Below are positions 9,641 to 20,104 of a stretch of 64,000 nt of DNA, in pieces (the first letter of the stretch is position 1; every line of letters begins with the position of its first letter). A program made the position numbers and the translations under genes. The stretch is from Escherichia phage JacquesWildberger_Bas92, in the sequence record PQ850610.1. The stretch is one strand, 5' to 3'. Under the pieces are notes generated by a model that had not been told where the DNA came from, made no database searches, and saw nothing but the letters and a program-made list of their open reading frames with translations.

Positions 9641-10444
9641 TTGGCTATCGAAACTAATGCGGTAGTTGTTACCGATTTAAACCCGCTCTATCCTAGAGAC
9701 AGGGATTACATCTACGAAGGGGCGGCTCAAATCCGCCTCATTAAACAAACATTACAGAACACATTCCCAAATGTTACAGAGCCAGTTCAGTTGGACTCAG
9801 ATTCTCTCAATATTCTGGCTAGCAAAGTTACCTTTACTGGTGACTCTATGGATGTTGGTGGGTTGATGATCAAGAATGCCACTCCGGGTACAGGTGATAG
9901 CGATGTTGTCACTAAAGGCCAGATGGAAGCTTTCATGCAGAACTGGATGGCTAATAAACTTTACAGGATTGGCTCTTACTATATCACTGAAGAAGATATT
10001 AACCCCGGTGATAGTTCTTCTCTTGGTTTTGGCTCTTGGGCTAAAGTGACTGGTGTCATTATGGGTACTGGTGTAGTAAACCCTGATGGCTCTGTCCCTA
10101 ATGCTCAGAGAGTTGAGTTCCAAGCAGGTGGTACTGGTGGTCGTGTCTTCAATACCATTCGAACAGAGAACGTACCTTTGATGACAGTTAATGGCTCCAG
10201 CTTCTCCTTATCCAGTAACACCCACAGCCACAATATGGTATTTGGTCGTGGAGATGCTAGTGGTCATAACAGCTCACCAAACTGGTATAGTCCAGGTGGT
10301 GGTTACAGTCAGAGAACTGATAATGACACTCACACTCATACAATCTCTGGTAGTGTAAGTCTTGGTCGTGATGATATCTCTCGTCAACCTATTAACACTT
10401 TGCCACCATTCAGAGCAGCTCACATTTGGAGACGTATTAGCTAA
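9641..10444 (+). CDS. virion structural protein (fibre or collar-like)
   Basis: 267 aa ORF with apparent TTG start preceded by GGAGGT; Gly and Ser-rich C-terminus. Confidence 0.5.
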   Translation: MAIETNAVVVTDLNPLYPRDRDYIYEGAAQIRLIKQTLQNTFPNVTEPVQLDSDSLNILASKVTFTGDSMDVGGLMIKNATPGTGDSDVVTKGQMEAFMQNWMANKLYRIGSYYITEEDINPGDSSSLGFGSWAKVTGVIMGTGVVNPDGSVPNAQRVEFQAGGTGGRVFNTIRTENVPLMTVNGSSFSLSSNTHSHNMVFGRGDASGHNSSPNWYSPGGGYSQRTDNDTHTHTISGSVSLGRDDISRQPINTLPPFRAAHIWRRIS

Positions 10445-10453
10445 GGAGGAATT

Positions 10454-13400
10454 ATGGCGCTGTATCCAATAAAGTCACTAGGTGCTGTAGGCGTTATCGC
10501 TGATCAGGCTCCGACAGACTTAGCTCCTAATGCTTTCACTAATGCTATAAATGCTCGATTTGTTGAGCAGAGAGTGTTTAAGACGGGGGGCAATGCCCCT
10601 CTTTCTTATGTAGATGAAGATAAGGATTTAACCCCTCTGTCTTTCGTGTCTATGCCTTTCGATTATTATAGCGCAGGTAATAGCTTTCTTGTTGTAGGTA
10701 CGAATAAGAAGTTATATAAACTGACAGATGAAAGCTTGACTGACATTAGCCGTAAGGTTGCTACAGTCACTAAGAAGGCTTCTGCCTCAATTAAGATCTA
10801 TCCAGTTGTTTCTCAAATCGTTCCTAAAGAATCAACTATTTCAATGAACTTCAATCAGACTAAGAATCTAGAAGTTTCTCTTCTTCCTGCTGATGCTAAC
10901 AATACCGACCTTGTTTGGGAGGTTAGTAATTCAACCTATGGAAGTATTGCAGTAGACCCTAATGATTCTAAACTTGCTACTCTAACATCTTTTGAGAGAG
11001 AGGGGAATCTTGTAGTAACCATCTCTACTGCTGATGGTTCTGTAGTGGCTCAGATTGCTGTGAACATTATAGATGGTGATTCGGGAATCTTCTTGAGTCA
11101 GGACACTGTTACTATCCGTAAAGGAGGGACTACCACTCTTACGGCTGTTACTGGTAAAACCCCTGTTACTTGGTCTAGCAGTAATGCTTCTATTGTATCC
11201 GTAACCCCTAACGCTAATTCTCTAACTGCTGTTATTACTGCTAATGGTGAGGGCAACGTAACAATCACTGCCGATAATGGAACGAAGACTGCTTCTTGTG
11301 AGGTTGTTTCTATACCTCAGATTGATAGCATCTCTTTAAGCCAGTCGGATGTTATTGTAAGCAGAGGTTCTCAGTACATCTTAACTGCTACCCTTTCTCC
11401 TGCTGATGCCCCTAATCAAAACATTACTTGGACCTCTTCTAATCCAAATATTGCAACAGTATCAGGGACTAGTACACAAGGGACGATCAATGCCTTACTT
11501 GCTGGATTTACTGAGATTACGGCTACCACTGAAGAAGGTAACAGAGTTGCTGTCTGTACTGTACGAGTAGATTTAGCTGGAAGGGCGATGAGAACAAGTG
11601 CTATGGCATTTGCTGCACCTGCATCAGAACCAATTGAATCACAAGAGGAAGAAGTAGTAACTTCTCCTGAAAGTGAAGAGACGGTTTATTTTGCTGATCC
11701 TGTGTCTGGTATCGATACGTCAGGGATGTATGAAGGTAATAACTTCTACGACTACTCTAACGTGAACGACATTGAAGGTTTTGCAAGAGCTTCTTTACTA
11801 GAAACCCCTTTGTCATCCGTAACCTTGGATGTTGTCAGTGCTTCTCTTGATGTTGGTGAGGAAATAGTTATTACAGCTACAGCTTCTCCAGAAGGTGAGT
11901 ATTCCTATCAGTGGTCTGTCGATAAGACTGGTTATGTTTCTACAACTTCAGTTACTGGTAAATCTATCAAACTGGTTGCTCTTCGTAAAGGAGAGATTAA
12001 CGTAACATGTACTGTCAGTCAGATGACTCAGAAAGATTACGATGCTTTTGATGACTACCCTTGGTATCACGCTGTTATCTCTAACTGTGCAGTTGCTACA
12101 ACTCACTATGAAACTCCTCAGGTAAAAGAGTTCGAATCAGAATACTTTGTAGACCTTCCGGGGTGGGGTGAGCAAACAGTTGTTGATAGTGATGGAAACC
12201 CTTCAGTCAAAAAGTTTAACTGGAAATGTGAGAGAGTAAGATCTTTTAACAACCGTCTTTTTGCTCTGAATATGAGAGAGGCTAATGCTTCTGGTGTTAC
12301 CACTAACTACCCTCTTCGTCTTCGTTGGTCTAATTTTGCCAACGAGAACAAAGCTCCTACTTTATGGGATGACTTTGCCTATGATCGAGTTGTGTCTTCG
12401 GACTTGGCTTCTAACATCGTAGGACAGACTCAGGCTTTAGAAAATGGATATGCTGGTTACATCGACTTAGCTGACTCTAACGGCAGCTTGATTGATATCC
12501 TACCTCTTAAAGATTACTTGTTCGTTTATACAGAGTTTGAAACGTACATTGGTTCTCCAACTAATAACACGTACCAACCTCTGATGTTCAAGAAACTCTT
12601 TAACGATTCCGGTATCCTTGCTCCTGAGTGTGTAGTAGAAGTTGAAGGTAGTCATTTCGTAGTTACTCAGAACGATGTAATCTTACACAATGGTGCAACT
12701 AAGAAGTCAATCGCTTCTAACCGTGTTAAGAATATGCTAATTAATGAGATATGTCTGGTTAACCCTTTAGCTACTCGAGTACATTTGCATCAGGATAAGA
12801 AAGAAGTTTGGATTCTGTACGTAGGTCCGGGAGAACCAAAAGAAAGCTTCGCTTGTACTAAAGCTGCTGTATGGAACTACGAGTTTGATACTTGGTCCTT
12901 CCGTACTATTCCTTATGCTCAGTGTATCGGTCTAGTTGACCCTCCTGTTTTAGAGAGAGGTCCAATCTGGTCTGACTTCCAAGAGATCACTTGGGATGAC
13001 CAATCTATCAAAGAACTCGTTTGGAGAAAGGATGCAACAAACTTTAGACAGAGGGTTACGATAGTAGGTTCGTTCTTGAGGGGGTTCTATCAAGTGGATG
13101 TAGGTGCTCTTGATTATTTCTATGATAGGCTTAATGATAAGATTATAGAAAAACCACTGGAGATGAGGTTAGAGAGAACTGGCATTGATTTTGATAACAT
13201 CACTAATGAGTGGAATCAAAAGCATATCAATAGGTTCAGACCTCAGACGACAGGTTCTGGTACGTATACTTTTGAGGCGGGTGGTAGTCAATTCTCTAAC
13301 GAGTATGGTCATCCACATACATCCAAGACGTATACGATTGGTGTTGATAGGCATGTCTCGGTGAGACTGAACCATCCATACCTTTTCTATAATGTTATAG

Positions 13401-13471
13401 ATAATGATGTTAACAGCAATGCTGCTATCAATGGATTAACGATAGAGTTTGCTGTTGGCGGGCGGAGATAA
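10454..13471 (+). CDS. large tail-associated structural protein with Ig-like (Big_2-type) domains
   Basis: 1005 aa; several Ig-like segments (e.g. residues about 120-380); RBS aaggagg. Confidence 0.6.
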   Translation: MALYPIKSLGAVGVIADQAPTDLAPNAFTNAINARFVEQRVFKTGGNAPLSYVDEDKDLTPLSFVSMPFDYYSAGNSFLVVGTNKKLYKLTDESLTDISRKVATVTKKASASIKIYPVVSQIVPKESTISMNFNQTKNLEVSLLPADANNTDLVWEVSNSTYGSIAVDPNDSKLATLTSFEREGNLVVTISTADGSVVAQIAVNIIDGDSGIFLSQDTVTIRKGGTTTLTAVTGKTPVTWSSSNASIVSVTPNANSLTAVITANGEGNVTITADNGTKTASCEVVSIPQIDSISLSQSDVIVSRGSQYILTATLSPADAPNQNITWTSSNPNIATVSGTSTQGTINALLAGFTEITATTEEGNRVAVCTVRVDLAGRAMRTSAMAFAAPASEPIESQEEEVVTSPESEETVYFADPVSGIDTSGMYEGNNFYDYSNVNDIEGFARASLLETPLSSVTLDVVSASLDVGEEIVITATASPEGEYSYQWSVDKTGYVSTTSVTGKSIKLVALRKGEINVTCTVSQMTQKDYDAFDDYPWYHAVISNCAVATTHYETPQVKEFESEYFVDLPGWGEQTVVDSDGNPSVKKFNWKCERVRSFNNRLFALNMREANASGVTTNYPLRLRWSNFANENKAPTLWDDFAYDRVVSSDLASNIVGQTQALENGYAGYIDLADSNGSLIDILPLKDYLFVYTEFETYIGSPTNNTYQPLMFKKLFNDSGILAPECVVEVEGSHFVVTQNDVILHNGATKKSIASNRVKNMLINEICLVNPLATRVHLHQDKKEVWILYVGPGEPKESFACTKAAVWNYEFDTWSFRTIPYAQCIGLVDPPVLERGPIWSDFQEITWDDQSIKELVWRKDATNFRQRVTIVGSFLRGFYQVDVGALDYFYDRLNDKIIEKPLEMRLERTGIDFDNITNEWNQKHINRFRPQTTGSGTYTFEAGGSQFSNEYGHPHTSKTYTIGVDRHVSVRLNHPYLFYNVIDNDVNSNAAINGLTIEFAVGGRR

Positions 13472-13477
13472 CAACAA

Positions 13478-13505
13478 GGGGCTTCGTGCCCCTTTTATTG
13501 TTTTT
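13478..13505 (+). terminator. rho-independent terminator
   Basis: Hairpin ggggc-ttcgt-gcccc followed by ttttattgttttt. Confidence 0.55.
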
Positions 13506-13515
13506 GGAGGAACTT

Positions 13516-14484
13516 ATGGGTGCAGGTGGTTTTCGTAAGAACACTGGTCGCAATAACACCACACTCCCGTACAACGTTGGGTTTCTCAATAATGTACAGG
13601 ACACAGAAACTTATAACGTAGCCGTTTATGATGAACTACAGAAAGTCAGCACAGCTACTAACCAAATGTTCCAAGCTATAGATGAAATTCACGAAGAGAT
13701 TGATGTTCGTATCAAAGCTCTTCATGCGATGAATCTACAATTTGATGAGCTTGAGAATAGAATTACTACAGAGATAGAAACAGCTATTGCAGACATTCAA
13801 ACACAGATGGGGAACCTCTCCACTGATGATATTTGGGATAACTCTGTTCAACCTCCGGTAAAGCTAGAAAGCACAGTATCTGGCTTTAAGACAAGTATTG
13901 AAGGTAACACAACTAAAATACAGACTGTCGAAGGTATTGTTAATGATCAAGGTCAAGAGATTGCTTTAGTTCAGACAGAGATTCAAAACATTAATGGAAG
14001 CCTATCTCAGTATATGAAGCTCTCTGAGTATGAAGCTACGTGGGGTGTTAACTCTTCTGTTAATGGTCAGTACGCTGGAGTTAAGCTAACTAACAACGGA
14101 ACAAACAGTCAATTCCAAGTAACCGCTAACAAGTTTGTTGTCGGTGATGGTACGACAGGGAATACACCATTTGTGTTTGAGAATGGAAGAGCTAGGATGG
14201 AGTTCGCTGATATAAAGAACGTCAACATCACAACAGCTCAGGTTGCCAACGCTAGGATTCAGTGGGCACAGATTGATAACGTATCCATCTCCAACGCCCA
14301 AATTCAGAACTTGTCAGCGGATAAAATCACTGCTGGTTCTATGTGGGGTTCTAACTGGAGACTTACTGTTGGGGGTGACTTTGTTATGGGCGGCACAGGT
14401 GGGGCACAATTGTGGATGAATGGGAACAGGATAGACTTCTATGATGGAAGTGGTGCTCTGAGAATTAGGATAGGGAGTTGGTGA
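13516..14484 (+). CDS. virion structural protein
   Basis: Track ORF begins at 13486 inside the terminator; the ATG at 13516 preceded by GGAGG is the likelier start. Confidence 0.5.
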   Translation: MGAGGFRKNTGRNNTTLPYNVGFLNNVQDTETYNVAVYDELQKVSTATNQMFQAIDEIHEEIDVRIKALHAMNLQFDELENRITTEIETAIADIQTQMGNLSTDDIWDNSVQPPVKLESTVSGFKTSIEGNTTKIQTVEGIVNDQGQEIALVQTEIQNINGSLSQYMKLSEYEATWGVNSSVNGQYAGVKLTNNGTNSQFQVTANKFVVGDGTTGNTPFVFENGRARMEFADIKNVNITTAQVANARIQWAQIDNVSISNAQIQNLSADKITAGSMWGSNWRLTVGGDFVMGGTGGAQLWMNGNRIDFYDGSGALRIRIGSW

Positions 14485-14485
14485 T

Positions 14486-15505
14486 ATGGCATATGGAATA
14501 TGGTGTCAACCGGTAGGTCCGGGGCCAGCCGCCCCTGCCTCTCTTTTTATAGATAGTAATTTAACATTTCCACAATATCTAGGAGCATACAACATATCTC
14601 CTTCGTGGAGTGCTAGAAATGCTTCTTTTAACGTAGGCTCTTTTGATGGTCAAGGTGAGTTATTAATTGTCCCGACTAGTAGACTTATTCAAGATTATTA
14701 TGTAGGGACAGATTTAATGCCTAGTTTTAGTTATGTAACAGGTATAGGGACTTCTGGACAAACAGTAAATATTAACATAGAGCCTGCTGGAGCTAGTGGT
14801 AACAATAACAGAAACTTCCCAATGTCTTTCCAAGCATATAAACTCTGGCCTAGAGGTAATAGAAGCTACGGAATAACTTTCTCAAACTCAGCAGATTTCT
14901 TTTCTATCTCTGATAGTGGGGTTGTTGGTCAGTGTGTTTGGGCGTACAGAGGGGCTGTAGGAGACGGTTTTACTGTCCCTAATGCTGGCCCCAACGCTCT
15001 AGTATTTGCCAACTGGAATCAGGGTGGGGTGTGTGCTTCTTACAACGCAAGCAACGGTCAAATGATCATAACCCACGATAGATCAAACCAGTCTGGCAGT
15101 AACAGAGGTGCAGTAATATATGATATGAGAATTGCTGTTTTTGCTAGTGGTGTGGGTGTACCAGAACATAATGGAGGTCTGAATATATACTCTCCCGGAA
15201 CTACAACTTGTGTATTCTCTACTTACAGGACTCCGTTTGCTATCAGCAGGTTCTTCCCATCTAGTGGGGGTTATACAGGTCTAGGCATTCCTATGATGTG
15301 TATGAATGTCACTAATGGAGCCATAACAGCGCAAGGTGGTGGATGGATGTGGGTTCATGAAAGATCTCATACAATGAGTGGTACGTCAGTAGGAACAGGC
15401 TTTGGCCCACTCGTGGCTAACTGGACTGACCGATACCCAATCAACGTTAACATAAACCTAGGATTCAATTACCCAATGTTGGAAGGTTCTTTAATTTATG
15501 CATAA
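14486..15505 (+). CDS. virion structural protein
   Basis: 339 aa ORF tightly packed after the previous gene. Confidence 0.5.
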   Translation: MAYGIWCQPVGPGPAAPASLFIDSNLTFPQYLGAYNISPSWSARNASFNVGSFDGQGELLIVPTSRLIQDYYVGTDLMPSFSYVTGIGTSGQTVNINIEPAGASGNNNRNFPMSFQAYKLWPRGNRSYGITFSNSADFFSISDSGVVGQCVWAYRGAVGDGFTVPNAGPNALVFANWNQGGVCASYNASNGQMIITHDRSNQSGSNRGAVIYDMRIAVFASGVGVPEHNGGLNIYSPGTTTCVFSTYRTPFAISRFFPSSGGYTGLGIPMMCMNVTNGAITAQGGGWMWVHERSHTMSGTSVGTGFGPLVANWTDRYPINVNINLGFNYPMLEGSLIYA

Positions 15506-15514
15506 GGAGATATT

Positions 15515-16297
15515 ATGGCAATTAGAATGGGTATCGAAGAACTAGACCCAATGGTGCAACAGGCTTCAAAGAAGTATGGAATACCAGCTGCTTTGATTCA
15601 TGCTGTAATCCAAAGGGAGTCTAGCGGTCGTCCTACGGTGGCCTCCGGAACTGGTCCTGTAGGTTTAATGCAGATCAGTAAAGGGGTAGCCAAAGATTAT
15701 GGTTACAAACTAGAAGATAGACTTGACCCGGCAAAGAACATTGATATGGGTGCTCGTTACATCAGAGACAATCTGAAAGCTTTTAATGGTGATGTTAAGA
15801 AAGCGATGGTTGGTTATTCAGAAGGTATTAGTGGTGCTAAGCAGATGTTCGCTGGTAAAAGAGGTTTTACTTCTCAGGCTCTTGACTCAATGAATAACAA
15901 ACACTTTCTCCCTTTCTATGGTGACGCATCTTCTCAGATTGCTAACCCTATTGGAGCTTTACAAGCTGTTCAGCCCGTCAACCAGTTCAGTTCGGACTAT
16001 TTAGATAGAGAGAAGGCTGCACAAGCTCCAACTCAGGCAGAGATTGCTGCTTCTAAGACAGGTGCTTTAGGCGGTAATCCTGTAGGGTTTTACTCTGATG
16101 AAGTGCAGGAAGGTGAAGACCAGAAGCCCCAACAGAACTTTGGTAATGCAGTATTAGGGGTGGCTGCTATGCTTGCTGGTAAACCTCCTACCTCTCAAAC
16201 AGTTCAGAGGGCAAGTGCACCTCATGCAGCAGGTTCTCAGTACAGCCCACAAACACAAGCAGTGCTTAGACGTCTGGCTAGCATTGGTGTTAAGTAA
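15515..16297 (+). CDS. lytic transglycosylase (SLT domain) virion protein
   Basis: 260 aa; SLT catalytic region (AVIQRESSGRP...GLMQI...Y). Confidence 0.7.
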   Translation: MAIRMGIEELDPMVQQASKKYGIPAALIHAVIQRESSGRPTVASGTGPVGLMQISKGVAKDYGYKLEDRLDPAKNIDMGARYIRDNLKAFNGDVKKAMVGYSEGISGAKQMFAGKRGFTSQALDSMNNKHFLPFYGDASSQIANPIGALQAVQPVNQFSSDYLDREKAAQAPTQAEIAASKTGALGGNPVGFYSDEVQEGEDQKPQQNFGNAVLGVAAMLAGKPPTSQTVQRASAPHAAGSQYSPQTQAVLRRLASIGVK

Positions 16298-16316
16298 TAA
16301 TCGTTAAGGAGGACTT

Positions 16317-17369
16317 ATGTCTTTATTTGGAAAATCAGCTTCTAGCAAAACCTCAGTGGCTCCTTCCTCTCAGGTTGATGCCCTGCTGAAGCAGATTGTT
16401 GCTAATGCTCAGAATATGCAGAACAACGATCAGGGATTCATTTCCCAACAGCTGGCTGGGTTTAATGGCAACCAACAAGGTGCTCTGAACAACTTGGCAG
16501 CTTCTACTACTCAAAAGCAATTGGCTGATATGTACACACCTCGTACACAGCAAGGGCTAGACCAACTGAATTCTCTTGCCCAGCAGTATCAGAATATTGT
16601 TAATGGTGGTGGCCTGACTGCTGACGGTGTTAATAACTTTAGTAGAGGTTTAAACAACTCAGCTCTTGCTCAAGCTACCAGTAAAGCAGCTTCCAATGTA
16701 TCTCTTGGAAATGGTTCTGACTCAGGCTCTCTTCGTAGAGCTGCTGCTCAGGGTGCTGCTCTTAATGGTGCTAATACAAATCTCTCTCGTACCATCAATG
16801 GTAAGAACATGGGAATTAGTGCTCTTCAACAAGATCAAAACTTCCAGAGAGGTTTGCTTGGTGCTCAGTCTGGTTTAGCTGGACAGAACCTCAATCTCGG
16901 TGCACAAGGTGTTCAGGCAACTCAGCAAGCTATCCAGAATCAACTCATGGCTGGTAATTTACAACAGCAACAAGCTCAAGCTCAAGCAGATATCAATTGG
17001 CAGAATACTATTGGTTCTCGGCAGTATGGGTGGAATCAGCTTAATAATCAGCTTAATGTATTAAACAGTGTAAGCCCGATGGCTGGATATACGATTAAGA
17101 ATGCTGCTCCGGGTATTAATACAGGACAACAGCTCCTAGGTGCTGGTATTACTGGTTTAGGTATTGCAGGTCGTTTGGGTGCTTTCTCTCCTGACCAACA
17201 GACTCAGAATGCTTGGAGTTCCTATAACAATTCAGGCGGGCAATCTGGAATGGCTGGTCCTATGATTGGGGGTTCTAATCTTTCTCAACAGAAAGGTCAG
17301 TCTAACTGGTTATCCACAATGGGTAATAATATCTTAGGTGGTGTCTTAGGGGCATTCGGAGCAAACTAA
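16317..17369 (+). CDS. Q/N/G-rich low-complexity virion protein
   Basis: 350 aa, strongly biased composition; RBS aaggagg. Confidence 0.5.
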   Translation: MSLFGKSASSKTSVAPSSQVDALLKQIVANAQNMQNNDQGFISQQLAGFNGNQQGALNNLAASTTQKQLADMYTPRTQQGLDQLNSLAQQYQNIVNGGGLTADGVNNFSRGLNNSALAQATSKAASNVSLGNGSDSGSLRRAAAQGAALNGANTNLSRTINGKNMGISALQQDQNFQRGLLGAQSGLAGQNLNLGAQGVQATQQAIQNQLMAGNLQQQQAQAQADINWQNTIGSRQYGWNQLNNQLNVLNSVSPMAGYTIKNAAPGINTGQQLLGAGITGLGIAGRLGAFSPDQQTQNAWSSYNNSGGQSGMAGPMIGGSNLSQQKGQSNWLSTMGNNILGGVLGAFGAN

Positions 17370-17381
17370 AGGAGATTTGAT

Positions 17382-18350
17382 ATGGCTTTATTTGGAGGAG
17401 GGAATAGTAAAACTACTTCCCAAATGATTCGCCCTGAATACATTCAACAGTATATTGACCAGCTTAACCAACTGATTGGTAATACTAGTTCAGGGGATTA
17501 TGTTTATCGTGACAATGTAGGGTTTAATAATAACCAGATAGAAGCTCTTAACAACTTAGCACAATCTGGTGCTCTAGGGACTCTCTCGCAGCAATATATG
17601 GATGCAGCAGGTCAAGGGTTAGGTTATCTGGATAATGCCTATAAAGGTTATCAGAGCCTTTCTGGACAAGGCGGAGTTACTGGAGAACAGATTGGTGCTC
17701 TTGCTGGTCAACTATATGATGACGATGCTGTGCAAGCAGCTATTACAGCTAATAATGAACAAGTTCAACAAAACCTAGCACGTAATGCTCTTCCTCAGCT
17801 AGCTCAACAATATGCTGGTCAGCAGGGTTCAGGTGCTCGTATGGCTAAATCTTTTGCTCAAGGCGATGCTCTGAATCAGATGCAAGGACAAGCAACAGAT
17901 ATTACCAACAGTGCCTATAATTCGGCTATCAGTCAAGCTGAAAGCATTCTCTCTGGTAATAGACAGAATCAGGCAGCTGCTCTCTCAGGTCTTTCCAATA
18001 TTGGTTCTAACCTTTCTAACTTAGGTCAGCAAGGTGCTAATTTGTCTCAACAGCAAATGTTGAATCAATGGAATGCAGGGTTGCAGCAACAACAGCAACA
18101 ACAGAATGAATATGATAATGCCTACCAGAATGCCCAGAATGCAGCTAACTGGGGATGGCAGGATATCAATAACCAACTCGGTGCAGCAGGTGTACTTAAC
18201 GGCGCTCTTGGACAAACTACAACTACCAAAACATCTGGTGGTGGCGGTGGTTTCTTAGGTGGAGCTATGAGTGGTGCAGCGGCAGGTTCTTCCTTTGGAC
18301 CTTGGGGTGCATTGGCAGGGGGCGTAATCGGTGGGTTGGCTAGTAATTAA
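17382..18350 (+). CDS. Q/N/G-rich low-complexity virion protein
   Basis: 322 aa, poly-Q stretch, Gly-rich C-terminus; RBS aaggag. Confidence 0.5.
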   Translation: MALFGGGNSKTTSQMIRPEYIQQYIDQLNQLIGNTSSGDYVYRDNVGFNNNQIEALNNLAQSGALGTLSQQYMDAAGQGLGYLDNAYKGYQSLSGQGGVTGEQIGALAGQLYDDDAVQAAITANNEQVQQNLARNALPQLAQQYAGQQGSGARMAKSFAQGDALNQMQGQATDITNSAYNSAISQAESILSGNRQNQAAALSGLSNIGSNLSNLGQQGANLSQQQMLNQWNAGLQQQQQQQNEYDNAYQNAQNAANWGWQDINNQLGAAGVLNGALGQTTTTKTSGGGGGFLGGAMSGAAAGSSFGPWGALAGGVIGGLASN

Positions 18351-18363
18351 TTAGGAGACAAGT

Positions 18364-20037
18364 ATGCAACAGACAACTTACGCTCAGGTCAGAAGTCGTG
18401 ACCCGAGAAATACTTTCTATGGTGTTAATCCGGGAGCGGCTTCGGCCTCTCCTTATATGGCTAGACCTATTCAGACAGCAGATATTTCTATGTACCAACG
18501 TCCTGCTGTACCTGCTGGACTTTCTCGTCTTGTAGGTCAAACTTCAGTAGATTATCAGAATATGCTGAACCCTGTTCAGAGTAATGGACTTCCTTCTGAT
18601 ATTCCTAATGACGTACAACCTCAAGCACAACAAGCTGTAACTCTTCCTGAGCCTGACAATAAAGAAACTGTGCAAGATGCCGGACCTTCTCCTTCTTCTG
18701 TTCCTCAAGAATCAGAGCCTCTTCCGGTGACGCCTCCTACTAAACCGCTAGAAGATGGCCCTATGGAGTTTACTCCTTCTCAAGTGGAACAGGCACAAGG
18801 TGTTGTTACTACTCTTGCTCAAGGTCAGGACACTGGAGACGGAATGGCTGGGGCTACTCGTATTAAAGATCAGGAACGTGTTAATAATGATATCATGCAA
18901 ATTGCTAAAGCTAAAGACCCTTCCGAAGCTTGGAATAAACTACAGAAAGAACCTTTCTATCAGAACTCTAGTTTCTACACAGGTTTGATGGGTGTAGGTC
19001 TTTCAATCATGTCAGGTAAATCTCCTATTGAAGCATTCCAAATTGGTCAGGGAATGGCTAATCAAGATGAGACTAAGAAGCAACTAGAAGCTAACCGTGA
19101 TGCTCTGATTGAACAAGGTTTCTCTCAAGACTCAATTGCAGCTGCTATTGCTAACGGAGATCCATCTCTTCTGAAGATGAAATCTATAGACCCTGCTCAA
19201 AAAGAAGCGTGGTATGCTGAGCGTGAAAGACGTCAGAATGAGGAGTGGGATAGACGTCAAGCTATCAGTGAAGCTTCTGCTGAAAAAGGTCGTAAGGCTA
19301 CTTTTGAAAACCAATTAGCTCTGGCTGAAGCTCGTGGTGAGATTACTCGTGACAACCAGTTGTTCAAGAATGAACACAGTGTTCGTAAAACATCTCCTAA
19401 GTGGGAAAAATCAGAGGAGCTTGGTGGTATTACTCCTAATTTACGAGACAAGTTACAGCAATCTTATCGTCCTGTTATTAACGTCCTGTCTTCTCGAAAC
19501 AAGTGGATGGCTCCTACAGAAGCTGCTATTGCTAAACTGGGAACTGGTACAAACTCACAAGAGAGTGCAGCTCAGCAACGTGCTGCTATTGAGAACTTAA
19601 CTAAACTTATTCAAGGTGGTTTAGCTTCTATTAATGGCGAAGTTATGAATGAGCTTACAGGCGATCCAGATTGGGTTAACAACAAGTTGAATAAGATTCA
19701 GATGATGGCAGGTCAAGGTCCGACCGAATCTAATATCAAGTGGCTTAAAGCACTTGGTAAAGAGATTCAAGAAATTGATAAAGAGGCAACTAAGTATCAA
19801 GTAGCACCTCTAGTTGAATCTTTGATACTTGACAGCAAACTCTCTCCTGAGAATGCTATCCGTGCTGCTAACTCTATCTTTGCTCCGGGTTCTGTTCGAC
19901 TCACTACTGAAGAGTTTAAAGAATGGTCTCGTGGACATAGCAAAGTTCATGATAAGACATTCCCTGATGACAAGCCTTCTAAATTGAAGGGTGGTGCTTT
20001 ATCTGGTTCTTCAGATACTAGCTGGTTCACTGAGTAA
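18364..20037 (+). CDS. internal virion or ejection-type protein
   Basis: 557 aa ORF in the structural block; RBS taggag. Confidence 0.5.
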   Translation: MQQTTYAQVRSRDPRNTFYGVNPGAASASPYMARPIQTADISMYQRPAVPAGLSRLVGQTSVDYQNMLNPVQSNGLPSDIPNDVQPQAQQAVTLPEPDNKETVQDAGPSPSSVPQESEPLPVTPPTKPLEDGPMEFTPSQVEQAQGVVTTLAQGQDTGDGMAGATRIKDQERVNNDIMQIAKAKDPSEAWNKLQKEPFYQNSSFYTGLMGVGLSIMSGKSPIEAFQIGQGMANQDETKKQLEANRDALIEQGFSQDSIAAAIANGDPSLLKMKSIDPAQKEAWYAERERRQNEEWDRRQAISEASAEKGRKATFENQLALAEARGEITRDNQLFKNEHSVRKTSPKWEKSEELGGITPNLRDKLQQSYRPVINVLSSRNKWMAPTEAAIAKLGTGTNSQESAAQQRAAIENLTKLIQGGLASINGEVMNELTGDPDWVNNKLNKIQMMAGQGPTESNIKWLKALGKEIQEIDKEATKYQVAPLVESLILDSKLSPENAIRAANSIFAPGSVRLTTEEFKEWSRGHSKVHDKTFPDDKPSKLKGGALSGSSDTSWFTE

Positions 20038-20057
20038 GACCTAAGTCCTGCCTTCTA

Positions 20058-20066
20058 TAATGTATA
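20058..20066 (+). promoter_or_regulatory. TAATGTATA motif (candidate phage-sigma promoter element)
   Basis: Exact TAATGTATA 39 nt upstream of the ATG at 20105; the track ORF start at 20060 is the ATG inside this motif. Confidence 0.45.
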
Positions 20067-20104
20067 TAGGAGGTAGGACATTTTTATTTATAAAAGGAGA
20101 CGTT

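Noticed and set aside
20060-20104. Track start codon for the 1450 aa protein
   Set aside because: The ATG at 20060 lies inside the TAATGTATA motif and has no RBS; ATG at 20105 with aaaaggaga upstream is preferred.
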